Notes under the pieces: model-generated | Told to the model about the DNA's origin: nothing | Seen by the model: the letters and a program-made list of their open reading frames with translations, nothing else | Databases searched by the model: none | In this document: positions 1-14,049 of the stretch, piece by piece | Numbering within the stretch: the first letter of the stretch is position 1 | Layout of the letters: every line of letters begins with the position of its first letter | From: the human T2T-CHM13v2.0 reference genome, Homo sapiens | Reading direction: 5' to 3' (one strand) | DNA length: 64,000 nucleotides | Assembly (NCBI RefSeq): GCF_009914755.1 | Contig: NC_060929.1 | Program-made: the position numbers and the translations under genes

Positions 1-1102
1 TTACATAAATTACAGAAGAGTACTAGAGAAGGAATATCAATGTAAAATAAAATCTTTAATTTTTTTACTCCTAATTGAGTTGAGATAAAATTTTTTTCAA
101 AACAATAATGGCAACAATATACTGGGAGATTATTCCTTTTGGAAAAGTTAAATGAATAAAAGCAATGTTATAAGAGAAGGGAGATAAGAATTGGGAATAA
201 TCTGTTATAATGTACCTATGCTATTTATAAAATGATATAGTGTTTTTGTAAAACGAACATGGATTGGTTATAAATGTATATTACAAGCTCTGGGGCACTT
301 GCTAAAAATAAAAAATTAAGGACATACAGTTGATATGCTATGACAGGAGAGAAAAGGTAATCATGCAAAATGCTTAATAAAACCAAAGAAGGCAGAGAAA
401 AGTATTTAAAATGACCCCCAAAATAAGTGCAACCAATAGAAAAGTTACAAATATGGTAGACATTCATTCAAATATATCAATTATCAAGTAAAATGGAAAT
501 GGTCTAAATAACCCACTTGAGAGAGACGAAGAGAGTGGATTAAAAACAACGCCTAACTGTATGTTGTCTACAAAAAAACTTCTTTAAATATAAAAGCACA
601 GACAGATTACAAGAGAAGGAGAATGATATAGCATGCTAACATTAGTTTTAATAAAAGATATAGTAGCTATATTAATTTCATACAAAATAATCTTCAGAGC
701 AGGAAAAATTATGAGAGCCAAAGAGGTGCATTGAAAGATGATAAAGTGGTCATTCCTCCAAGAAGATATAACAATCCTTAATGTGTACTGGCCTAATAAC
801 AAAGTTTCAGATATTGGAGGCAAAAATCAATAGAACTGCAAGGAGAAATAGATGAATCCACACACATATAGTCTACTGGTACTATTATAGAATAATTGGA
901 CATCTACATGCAAAAGCATGAATCTATGCTGAATCTATGCACAAATCTTATAGCTTTCACAAAAGTTAGTTCAAAGTGGATCATAGCCCTAAATTTAAAA
1001 CATTACCCCCAAATTCCTAGAAGATAACATGGAAAACCTACCACCTACCACCTACTTAGTCTGAAAAGGCTACATTTTGTATGATCCCAAGTTTGTCTTT
1101 CA

Positions 1103-1153
<51 letters not shown>

Positions 1154-1480
1154 TAGAAAAAAACAAAACAAAAACTACCACCTACCCAGTCTGTAAAGGA
1201 TACATCTTGTATGATTATATGATTACAACTCTTTGTCATTCTCACAAATAAAAAACTATAGAGACAGTAAAAAGATCACCAGTTGCCAGCAGTTAGGGGT
1301 AGGGGAGCAATTCATAGATGAAGCACAGGGGATTTTGAGAGAGGAGAAATAATTCTGTAGGACACCAAATTGTGGATACATTCTAGTATGTATCTGTCAA
1401 AACTTTTAGTATTTTACAAGGCAAAGAATGAACCATAAGGTAAAATGTGGAATTTAGTTAATAAAAAGTTAATTAAAAAT
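1..1480 (+). mobile_element. Old L1M (L1MC/MD-like) LINE patchwork: ORF2 endonuclease region, ORF2 3' piece and 3' UTR
   Basis: Degenerate L1 ORF2 EN motifs (gtatgttgtctacaa, tagctatattaatttcatacaaaat, caagaagatataacaatccttaatgtgta) at about 450-860. ORF2 3' piece (aattggacatctacatgcaaaa, aagtggatcatagccctaaat) at about 890-1040. L1MC-like 3' UTR (aaactatagagacagtaaaaagatca...gttgccag) at about 1250-1480. Boundaries approximate. Confidence 0.75.
1107..1151. repeat. (CA)n microsatellite
   Basis: Uninterrupted CA run seen directly. Confidence 0.98.
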
Positions 1481-2069
1481 GAACCAAAGTTTAAGAAAAT
1501 CTATGTATTTGGAAATAAAGAAAAAAACTTCCTTATAATCCATAGTCAAAGAAAAATATCATGATAAAAACTAAAAAATAATGAATAATGAAAATATTAT
1601 GTATAAAACATATACAAGGAAACTAAACTATGTTTATGAGCAAATTTATTTTAGTGTATATTTTATGGTTTATGAATTAGACAATGAACAGCATATTAAA
1701 CCAAATAATGTTAAATAAAGAGTAAAGGCCATATGAGAAAATAACGAAATAGAAAACACCATAATAACAGTGGGTATCTACAAAGTCCAAAGTTAGTACT
1801 TTGATAAGAAAATAAAAACAGTCTCTACATATATTAAAATTAGGTAATAAGAGGATACAATAATGAAATTTATGACTAAAAATTTGAAAATTTAATTTCA
1901 AGGGCCAGATTTCTAGACAAGCACAAGTTACCAGAATCTTAAAGACGATAATTAGAAACATTGATTAATTTTATATCTGTTCAATATAACTGCTTTGACA
2001 GCTCCCACTGAAAAATAAAAGCCCAGACAGATATCTTCATCCTGAATTTTCCCAAAGGCAGAAACAGAT

Positions 2070-2187
2070 CTCAATGATACTTTGATTTTGTACTTCTAGC
2101 CTCCTGAATTGTGAGGGAATAAATTCCTGCTCTTTTAAGCCTCCCAATTTGTGGTAATTTGTTACTGCTGCCCTAACAAACAAACCC
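2070..2187 (+). mobile_element. MLT1 (MLT1C/D-like) MaLR LTR 3' fragment
   Basis: ttgattttgtacttctagcctcctgaattgtgagggaataaattcctgc...tttaagcc...tttgtggtaatttgttac matches the MLT1 LTR 3' end as recalled. Confidence 0.75.
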
Positions 2188-2253
2188 AAGACTCCACAAA
2201 TTCTGAGGACATTCTCTGTCTTTATAAAGATTGCAGTTACAAAATGTTTACTT

Positions 2254-2272
2254 TGTGTGTCTGTGTGTCTTT

Positions 2273-2311
<39 letters not shown>
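2254..2311. repeat. (TG)n microsatellite
   Basis: Seen directly; the pure run is about 2277-2311. Confidence 0.95.
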
Positions 2312-2312
<1 letters not shown>

Positions 2313-3419
2313 TGTTACATTTCAATAAAAAAGAGGGGGAAAATCTTAAAAATTGCCAACATAAAAAATATTAGATGAAACCATAGGAGATTATTGTCTT
2401 CATAATTTCTGAGTGAGACACAAAATTGAAAAACTTCAGTTTAAATGAAGGATAACCTTGATTAAATAGTATTTAGAAAATTTACATTTCTCAAATTATC
2501 GAGTCGAAAGTCGAGAATTCAACCAGAAGAACATGTTTGCAACATATACACACTCCCACCCCTCCCACACACACCATAAATATTTAATAAAAAATACAAA
2601 GCCTTTATATGAATCAGTATGATAGAGTAACTAATTATAAAAAATCAGTAATGTCACAATTAACAAACATACAAAAAAGAAAAAGAACTTAAAATATGTG
2701 AAAACGTGCTCAATGACATTTATGATTATGTCATGCAAATTAAAATGCTAGGAAAGCATCATTAATACCTCTTCTATTAATGTCTATGCTGACAAGAGGT
2801 GGGGGTGAAGTATTATCATGTATTTTAAGCTAGAATGTTAAATAGTCTGAGTTTTATGCAAGACGGCTTGGTAATACCCTTCAAATTTAAAATAACATAT
2901 GCTCTTTGAGTCAGCAATTTTACTTCTGTGAATTGTGTCTAATAACTCTGAACTCTGAACTAAACAAGGCCTTTTCGTACCTTGTCACAATGTTATTTGT
3001 GCATACATTTCTTTTATTAAAACTTAACATATACGATTTTTTAAATTGAAAATGTTCAAATAACCAAATAAAAGAACTAGGTAATAATATATTTTTAGTA
3101 ATTATTTTAATTATTTTTCTGGTACTTGCTATTAAATAGTATAAATTAGTAATGTACAAGGAGTCCCATAACACAATGGTTATATGTTCTCATTAAGAGG
3201 TTGTTCACATTTTTCTTATAAAAATAGCATAAATATTGCATAAGTTGACATAAGAAGTGTATTTATTTACTCATCAAAGAGCTATTGGTTTTAAAAGAAT
3301 TTGTATGTTACCACCAATCAATCTCAAATTTACAACTGTTAAGCAGCTACGTTGGAGGCCACTGTAAAAATACTCCTCAATGCATGGGCATCTGCTCCTG
3401 TTCTGTCCTCTCAAAAGAG

Positions 3420-3605
3420 TAATTTTTCACTTTGGCTGCACATTAGACACATCTGTGGAGATTCGTTTCTTTTGAACCTAATAGCCTTTATTCCAGACCA
3501 ATTAAATCAAAATCTCTTAAGGGGGAACCAGGAAACAGAATTTTTATTTCACGCTTCCTTGTTGATTTCAATGTGTAATAAAGTGTGAGAGTGACAGATC
3601 TAAAA
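3420..3605. mobile_element. MER5-family (hAT-Charlie) DNA transposon fragment
   Basis: ggctgcacattaga...ccagaccaattaaatcaaaatctct...ttgatttcaatgtg resembles MER5A/B. Confidence 0.6.
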
Positions 3606-4321
3606 ACCATTCATGTTTTATACAAACTCTTCTTCCTCTTCAGAAACCGCTGATATTCTGAAGGTTAGTATTTTTTTCAACACACAATTTTCATAGAAAC
3701 AGACTCTGGTGCAATGGTGTAGAACACATTTGCAGAGACAGGTCATTGATTATTTGATCGTTTGTGTGTGTGTTTAAGTCAGTTTTACCCATAAGATAAT
3801 AGTTACATTTACATTATTGTACTTGAAAGGAACAAAATTATAACAGTAATTTCAGTCTTGGTAATAGTTAAGACTTAGTGGTCTTTCACCCCAAACATGA
3901 AAATTTGCAAGATCCAATTCTTGAAAACATGGTTAGAGTTGAGAAGGAATGTCTTCTCTATCCCGTGTTCGTCATGCTCCTGAACAGCTACTAAATTAAT
4001 GGGGTCAAATGTTCAGCCTTCTTTTTCTAATGTTCTGTAGGGGCGGAATAGAATTTGTCTCATTCAACTCAACTTACTCAAGTACCCTCTTGTTGTAATC
4101 TTCTAGTCAAGTTCTCCATTCTCACTTTGATTTCAATTTATAAATAGTTATATGCCATTAGTCCTCCACTGACATGCAAAATGCTCAATTATCTTCCCTG
4201 ATATCTTCTTTATCATGTTGTCTTTCCAAATTTTGTCTCTGATAAGTAACTTAAATTTATATTTTATAGCCTATATCTCATTCCTCTACTTGTCTATCTT
4301 ATTAATTTCTGATTCTTTTGT

Positions 4322-4438
4322 GAAGAAAGAAAAATAACAGAGGAAGAAAGAGATCGGAAGGAAGAAAGGAGAGAGAGAAAGGGAGAGAAAAAGAGAAAGA
4401 AAGACAGAGACAGAAAGGGAGAAAGAGGGAAGGAAGGA
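4322..4438. repeat. GA-rich polypurine low-complexity tract
   Basis: Seen directly. Confidence 0.9.
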
Positions 4439-4894
4439 TTTGGACGTCTCTACTGAATTTGGAAATATGTAATATCAAGAGGAAGTCGTCACTTAAAAAC
4501 TGTGATTGCGAAAAGGCAAGTCCTAGCTCTCAATCATTATTAAACATTCTGAAAAATATTTTATCCTATGTATAAACTCTTCCCTACAATTTAGAGTTTC
4601 CCAATCTAGCCAAGCCCAATATAACTATCAAACAAGCTTCATGTTTATATTCCCCTTGAGATAAAGAGTTGTGGAACAGCTGCCTCACAATGATATCTTT
4701 ATGACCATCTTTACCAAATTCAAACATAGGCACATGGAGAAGGGAACTCAAACTCCAGGTAATACACAGAATGAATCAATTATGATTCTTCCAGTTGCAA
4801 ATGATAGATAAACTCAATTTATTACATTTCAGATTATTGGCTCTCATAAGCATCAAGTGTTAAAGACAAAGTTGGATACTAAAGTTGGATAATA

Positions 4895-5411
4895 CACTAA
4901 AGTAGTAAGGCCAGACCATAATCTGTAATATACTATTGCAATAATAAAAGAGTCCAGTGTGAGCTGAACTCAACCTTCATTTGTACAGAGGTGACTTCGG
5001 ATGATTTTAAAGGGAGATTAAGAAAATAGGGAGGTGGATGAACAGCGGCTCTGTAAAGTAAGGGAAGTAAAAAATTATAAAAAGTGGGAAGATGGGGGTG
5101 GCCCATGTGAAATTCATCTGGATTTGCTAACTGGTGCTTATTAAAGTTAAACTTTTACCCTTCCAGAAAGGCTGGGAGACAGGGGCCCTATCAGGTGCTA
5201 GCTGGAATAGACAGTTAATAGACAGTTAATTCTTTTGCACCCTTGAGTTCTCTCAGACAGGCACTTTACATTGAACTAGAGTCATCCTCGGGATGCAGCC
5301 TTGATCTGTTAAAAACTGTTAGTGTTTTGTTCAAGTCATTATAGACCAAGGTTGAGGCCTAGTTAAGAGAGGACTCAGACGAGGCTAGCAAGAGACAGAC
5401 AATCTTTGTCA
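4895..5411 (-). mobile_element. ERV1 solo LTR, MER31/MER67 family
   Basis: The minus strand starts tgacaaaga...ctaggcctcaaccttggtctataatgacttgaacaaaacactaac, typical of the MER31/MER67 LTR 5' end. Left boundary approximate. Confidence 0.7.
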
Positions 5412-5620
5412 CAAGTCAGAGAGAACTATCACCCATGGTTAGACCCAGCAGCTCAAATAACAACAATATTTATTGTTCTCTATCTCACAGCAATGATTCC
5501 TTGTTTAGCTTCTCTCCTAAGCAAGGTGATTCCTCTTGGTGACTCCTTGAGCACCAAGCTTTTCTCATCATCAGCCTCAGTAACTCCTGTGCAAAAGAGT
5601 GTCTGCCTCTCTCTAGTCAC

Positions 5621-6161
5621 TGTGTGGAAGGCAAAATTTTATCTTTACCCTCATGTTTTTTATCCTCTGGGCCTGAGAATTAAATTGACACCAGAAAGAT
5701 TGTTAGGAGAAAAGCCTACCAATTTATTAAATACAAGTTTTACATGGCCCAGGAGCCATCATAAGAAAATAAAGACCCAAAGACACAGTTAGAATTGAAA
5801 ATTTATACTGAATTGGTCAAAGAGTAGTAAATTATGACAATGGAAAAAAAGCAAAGGAGCTTAGGCTAGAGTAGTAAATTGGGTAGTGAGATGACTAAGA
5901 ATATAAGGATTACTCCAACGAGGTTTCTTTGTACTGATTCCCCTTGGCTTCGACTTCCCAACCTTGCTAAGAATGGTACCTTCCTTCTGGTTTAGGAAGG
6001 CCATTTTTTCACATGAGAAAAGTATATCCTGCTTTTAATAAACAGAAGATGGTCAGAATGATCATCTTGTACCTGTCTCGCTTCTTGTACTTGCCTTTAA
6101 ATCAACATAGTAAATACGCCAGAGTGGAACATTTTGGGGTGGTATGGTCTTAACTCCTTCA
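5621..6161 (-). mobile_element. ERV1 solo LTR, MER34/MER39-like
   Basis: The minus strand starts tgaaggagttaagaccataccaccccaaaat...ccactctggcgtat (MER34-type start) and ends ...ccacaca, giving TG...CA termini. Confidence 0.7.
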
Positions 6162-7771
6162 TTATTCCAGCAAAATTTCCAAGAAATGGCACAGATTGAC
6201 AACCTGAAAAATATCAACCATTTCTGAATTAAAATACTCTGAGTGACGAATGTGATGTTCTTGCCGGCAGGATCTATTTCTCATAACTAGCGCTGGATCC
6301 AGAATTGCAGCCACCCTACCTAAATTATGTGAGCTAAGTGGGGGTAAATAGTTATCACAAAGAAAGTTATTCTATTGTCAGTAAAAGGGAAGGGGATGCT
6401 TGCCAAGAAGCAGAATATGCCCAGTAAACTAAAAAAGTACATCTTATTTTTCTGAGTCTTACATACGCCATTCCATAAACAAAGATTGTTTATAATGTGC
6501 AAAAGACCATACATGTGAGGCAGTGGTCAGAGGCAGAAGAAGACATTGGTTCACATGTGAGAATGGCAAAAATCTTTAATCTTGGCAGTAGGACTTAAAT
6601 TCAGAGAATTATAACTAAGCTATGCATCTTTTTAAAAATCATATTTTTATGTTTTTAAAAAGCATAAATATAATAAAATATTTTTTCCTAGGCGGTATTC
6701 TGCAGTTCCATAATTCACATTGCTTTTCATTCTTAAACTTGGATTTTAGTGGCTATTAGTCTATAATCTTAACTAACTGCTTTTCTACACTGGAAAAGAA
6801 ATATTTATAAATTACTAAGAAATCAAAATCCACATGACATCTGTTGCTCACAGCAAGAACATTACTCATTCACTTTTATTGTTCAAAATGATTTACATTT
6901 GACGTAGAGACAATTAACTACACACATAATGAAAAATAATCACATAATTAAATATTCTTCACAGCACCAGAATGCTTTAAAATATTACTGTGGGAAGTTG
7001 GTATCCCATTGTGAGGGCAATTTTAACAAAGTAATACAAAACGTGATTTTAACATTTTTTAAATCCCTTTTCAGGTGTGAGAATATGCTTAAGGTTAGGA
7101 GAAAAATAATCATGTTTTCTTATTTTCAACTTCAATATTTTAAAAACTCTCTTCTATTTTTAGAGAATGTATGTAAAGAAAAAATAAATTATTGTTGAAA
7201 TTCTAGTGTTTCAGTGGATGAAGATAATACATAAGTAGTACCAATGGATTATATTAACGTAAATTCTATACTGTTGGCAAGCTTGGTATTCTGCTGAGAG
7301 ACATTCAAATCTAGCCTACAACTTAGCTCTCAAGACATTTTGGAGGAAGGTTTGAGATTCTTCATGAGGTGTCACGTAGGAGTGGGGTAGATATTGTGAT
7401 GGTGTTTCACTTTGGAAGCAGCAATTCTAGAAGAATAAAAAGCACCTGGCTTAGTTTCTTGCTTGTGGTCAGAATTGTTTTTCAATTTATTTAAAAATTC
7501 AGGTCTTGTAAAATCTTTAGATATGGTTACTCAATATATACTGACAACATGACTCTTAACACCACTGTACATTTTAAACCATATTCAACTCGGCATTGAA
7601 TATGACTAACAACATGACTTAACACAATCATCTATTTTAAACTATATTCACCTTGGTCTTCACATGGAAATGGCGGAAGTCTAGTGAGTTTCATTCAAAC
7701 TCTCTGTTGAAGTTTGGAGGCTACAATTTTCATTGGTTCTCTCTTCTCTGGTCCTTATTCTTACCTAGTAG

Positions 7772-9031
7772 TGTGTCCAGAATTGGTGGGTTCTTGGTCT
7801 CACTGACTTCAAGAATGAAGCCGCGGACCCTTGCGGCGAGTGCTACAGTTCTTAAAGGTGGCGTGTCCGGAGTGTGCTCCTTCTGATGTCGGATATGTAC
7901 AGAGTTTTTTGCTTTCTGGTGGGTTCGTGGTCTCGCGGGCACAGCAGTGAAGCTGCAGACCTTTGCAGTGAGTGTTACAGCTCATAAAGGCAGTGTGGAC
8001 CCAAAGAGTGAGCAGTAGCAAAATTTATTGCAAAGAGTGAAAGAACAAAGCTTCCACGGTGTGGAAGGGGACCCCAGCGGGTAGCCACTGCTGGCTCAGG
8101 CAGCCTGCTTTTCTTCTCTTATCTGGCCCCACCCACATCCTGCTGATTGGTCCATTTTACAGAGAGCCGATTGGTCTGTTTTACAAAGAGCTGATTGGTC
8201 CATTTTGACAGGGTGCTGATTGGTGCATTTACAATCCCTGAGCTAGACACAAAAGTTCTCCATGTCCCCACTAGATTAGCTAGATACTGAGTGTCCATTG
8301 GTGTATTTACAAACCCTGAGCTAGACACAGAGTGCTGATTGGTGCATTTACAAACCTTGAGCTAGATACAGAGTGCTGGTTGGTATATTTACAATCCCTT
8401 AGCTAGACATAAAGATTCTCCAAGTCCCTAACAGACTCAGGAGCCCAGCTGGCTTCACCCAGTGGATCCTGCACTGGGGCCCAAGGTGGAGGTGCCTGCC
8501 GGTCCTGCGCTGTGCACCTGCATTCCTCAGCCCTTGGGCAGTTGATGGGACTGGGTGCCGTGGAGCAGGGGGCGGCACTCGTAGGGGAGGCTCCGGCCTG
8601 CGCAGGAGCCCACCGCGCGAGGGGGTGGTGGGGGAGACTCAGGCATGGCAGGCTACAGGTCCCGAGCCCTGCCTGGCGGGGAGGCAGCTAAAGCCTGGTG
8701 AGAAATGGAGCACAGCAGCTGCTGGCCCAGGTGCTAAGCCCCTCCCAGCGGGGCCGGTCGGCCACTCTGAGTGCAGGACCCACGGAGCCCATGCCCACCC
8801 AGAACTTCTGCTGGCCGGAAGTGCTGTGCACAGCCCCAGTTCCCACCCGCGCTTCTCCCTGCACACCTCCCCACAAGCTGAGGGAGCCGGCTCTGGCCTT
8901 GGCCAGCCCAGGAAGGGGCTCCCACGGTGCAGCGGTGGGCTTAAGGGCTCCTCAAGCGTGGCCAGAGTGGGCTCCAAGGCCGAGGAGGCGCAGAGAGTGA
9001 GTGAGGGCTGTGAGGGCTGCCAGCACGCTCA
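7772..9031 (-). mobile_element. Solo LTR12 (ERV9/HERV9) element
   Basis: The minus strand ends accaagaacccaccaattctggacaca. It carries tandem CCAAT/ctagctca enhancer repeats (about 8140-8420) and a GC-rich U3 5' part. Probable 4-bp TSD gtag/gcag. Confidence 0.97.
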
Positions 9032-9840
9032 GCAGGACATATTTCTCAGACTTTTAAACACATAATATATTAATATTCTTTGTACCTCCTTCAAAAGCTT
9101 TATATAATATTTCAGTTATAGAAGTGTAAACAAATACCACATCATAATATAAGCCTAGGAAGACTCAAATATAGCTTCTAAAAATCACTAATATCACTAA
9201 AATTTTACTTCATAAGGAAAAAAATTATATTTTAATCTATCCAAATGTTTTATAAAACAAAATACAAGAAAAATCTAAAAGAGTAATATAAATATGAAAT
9301 ATAACACTATTCTAAATTATTTATGATTAGTAAAAATACTTATTCAATCCCATGTAAAATTATTAATAATAGTAAGATATTTTTATTATTAATAATATGA
9401 TAAATAAGTTTAATTATTTGGAAAATCCTGGCTTTTGCATTTTTGATACAATATTTTATAGCTCTAATATTAATTTTACATCTCTTTTGTAATAATAGTC
9501 ATAAAGAAAAAATAGAATTACAAAGGTATATAAAACAAACCAAAACAGAGATGCTCACTCAAAAAATTATAAACATTTTTAAACCCATTCACCATGAAGT
9601 CATAGGATTTGTATTTGTTTGTTTCTATGTTTTCATCTATCAATGGACTTGTAAGCAAAACTTCTTGAGAAATATAAATTGCTTTCTGAAACTTTAAAAA
9701 ATTGTTGTCCTAAAAATACATAATTTTATAGATTCATAAACCATTTTAATTCTTTATTTGAAATGTTATTTATGTAGATATGGGTTTCCAATATTTGAAA
9801 GTCTGCACATAGAGGGTCTTTTACGTTGTTACTTAATTGT

Positions 9841-10055
9841 GTGGAGCAACAGAAACTCTCATTCATGGTGATATGAATGAAAAATTGTTCAGCCACTTTG
9901 GAAGGTAGTTTGCTAATTTCTTATAAATCTGAACATACTCTTGTCCTTGGTATTCACTCAAATTAGTTGAAAATTTATCTTCACAGAAAAAATTACACGT
10001 AAATATTTATAGCAACTTTATTCTTAATTGCCAAAACTTAGAAGCAATCAAGATG
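9841..10055 (+). mobile_element. L1M ORF2 3' fragment
   Basis: gtggagcaacagaaactctcattca...cagccactttggaag...tttatagcaactttattcttaattgccaaaact...gaagcaatcaagatg. Confidence 0.75.
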
Positions 10056-11554
<1,499 letters not shown>

Positions 11555-11891
11555 TGTTTAATCTATTCGGAATGCTATAACAAAATACTATAAATAGGTA
11601 GCTTATAAACAACACAAATTTATTTCTCACAATTCTTGAGGCTGAGACATCCAAGGTCAAGTGGTGGCAAATTTGGTGTCTACTGAAGGCTCATAGACAA
11701 TGACTTCTTGCTGCATCTTTACATGTTGGAAGGGACTAGCTAGCTCTCTGGAATTTCTTTTATAATGGCATTATTTCCAATCACGAGCACTCCAGCCTCA
11801 TTACCTAATCACCTCCTAAATGCCATTACTTTGGGGGTTAGGATTTTAACATATGCATTTCAGGGGGCACATAAATATTCAGACAATAGCA
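11555..11891 (-). mobile_element. MLT1A/MLT1A0 LTR (5' LTR of the MaLR element)
   Basis: gctataacaaaatac...gcttataaacaacacaaatttatttctcaca...attcagacaatagca matches antisense MLT1A0. Confidence 0.85.
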
Positions 11892-12339
11892 ATCAATTAA
11901 AAAATTCTCTATATCTATCTCTATCTATCTATATACATATATATATATATAGTTACATAGATTCACAGCCTGTTGAAAGTCTTCCTGTGCAAAGCTGTCT
12001 AGATATGAGTTTCCAATTTTTAAAAGTCTTGAGATAAGGGAGTTTTTATATGTGAATTATATTGTTTTCAGCAGCAACAAAAAAAGTTAGATATATTTCC
12101 ATACATCTGTGTTTAAATTTTTTTTGCCTTGGCACTCTTTTGTTTTGGAAATGATACTTACTTCTTATTTTAAAAACTTTCTTTCACTTTAGGAAGATAG
12201 ATTCCTATTTATTCTTTAAATGCCCCATAGTTATTTTACTAGCATATACATTCCATTATAGAAAATATTGATAATTTTGGAACACTTGTCTTTTGGTAGA
12301 AGGAAAAATGTTCAGAATTAACTGTAACTGAAATTTGTT

Positions 12340-12478
12340 AGACAGTTTACCAAATATCTCTTAGTTTTCCTGGGATAGTCTCAATTTAAACCCACTGTCC
12401 TAGTATGATGTCCAATAAAGGCCATGTTTTACACTCAAATGTGTTGCTTTTGGACAACAAATTATGATGCTCCTCAGT
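12340..12478. mobile_element. MER94/MER81-like hAT-Blackjack MITE
   Basis: gttttcctgggatagtc...ctgtcc...cactcaaatgtgtt...tttggacaacaaattat resembles MER94. Confidence 0.5.
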
Positions 12479-14049
12479 AAGAAGAAAAACTAGAGTGACA
12501 CATGTGATATAAAATCACCATTAATTATCACTGAGAAGAGTTGCTCTTGGCTCTGATTTATGTTTGACTCACAGCACTGTACAGGATATTCTGTGCCTTA
12601 ATACAGATTATATTCTGTTTTTGTCATAAACAAGTTATATTAGGTCTTATCAGAAAACCTGAGAGGAAGTTTAATTTTAATAGAGGACTGTTAATCACTA
12701 TGTCCCTTGTCAACATTTTCTATACCTCTTCCCAGTTAATTTATGATGTACCCCACCCCCCTTGTTTCTCTTTCTCTTGAAAGTGTTTTAAATGAGCCCA
12801 AACTTGAGACCAAAAAATTGCAGAAAATTGTAATTGGATATGCTGTGAAATCATTCCATTCTGGATATTACTACATATGTTCATAATGAAAGAGGGAATA
12901 ATTATATGTATTTTTTAGGCTTACTTCCCATTATAATCTTGAGATACTGTTGAGTGATGGTTTGGTAATCCAAGTGTCTCTGATAATGACAATAGTCCCA
13001 AATTTCTGGGTCACTGTATAAACTACAGTTTTGCTAACACAGTGAAAATTCTGTTTTTAGATGAGTTTTAGATAAGGATCAATAAGCATGTGGGCAATTA
13101 AATTCAAACTATTTGGCTATAAACTGCCTCAGTAGACATATATTTCTTTAATGTGTTCACTTTAATGCGGTGAAAATAATTGTATTTACATTCATATGTA
13201 TTAGTTTCTGGTTTTATTTAACAACAAATTTTAAGAATTGGGAATACTTTTATTTTGCCTTGGCTTTCCTCCCTTCCTTGAACTTGTATCTACTTATTCA
13301 TAAACATGCAGGGAAGACAGCAGGCGAACAATGATCCATCCTACATTGAACATTATACTTCTACATCAAGGATAAAGAGGGTCCAAGGAAATTAATCCTT
13401 TGCCCTAGGAAGTTTATTAAAAATGCTAAATCAGGAGCTGATGGCAGCTTAAATAGCTTGAAGTAACACTCTAGGGGAAATCCTCTAAAATCCTATCTGC
13501 TAAGGCAGATTTGGTTCAAGAAGAGGCAAAGATCAAGTAAGGAAAAATAGCCTAGTTTTAAAACACTACTGACCTTAAATATTAAAGTTAAGAAACTAAA
13601 GAAAATGTTTACACAATAGACATATATCAGTAAGAGTTCTGTTTAGTACTAAAAGTCTGAATTCTTTTTTAACTTAAGAAGATATCTGAAACTAAATAAC
13701 TAAAACTATCTCTGAACAAAAAATAAAGTATCAACAATGAAAAATTGCTGCTTAAACATTTATATTCATGCATAAGTGGAGCTTATCTCCTATAAATATT
13801 TGCTGTGAAAACTATACAGAGTGAAATGCTTCTTTGAATAAGACATAGTCTCAACTTCAGGACTTGTTCATCAAAGAATAGGAGGATGGAGTCTACACCC
13901 CAATCTTCTATTACATGTATTGTAATTCATTGAGGTGTATGTTAAGAGTCATAAAGTGTGATTTGGCAAATATATATCATGCTCTGTAACATATATAATA
14001 AGGATTTTTAGACTAGAATAAAAATTAGCTCTTGAAAACTCTAGGAGAC

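Larger units (their letters stand above)
1490..2960 (+). mobile_element. Highly diverged L1M ORF2 fragments
   Basis: A-rich strand bias with L1-like phrases (aaatttatgactaaaaatttgaaaattt, atgcaaattaaaa, accctttcaaatttaaaataacatatgctctttgagtcagcaattttacttct). Interrupted by an MLT1 fragment and a (TG)n run. Confidence 0.55.

Noticed and set aside
5406-5792. 128-aa ORF with a hydrophobic stretch
   Set aside because: Non-ATG start, it runs across LTR fragments, and there is no recognisable domain or exon structure.
8625-9065. 146-aa and other ORFs
   Set aside because: LTR12-derived, with no independent coding evidence.
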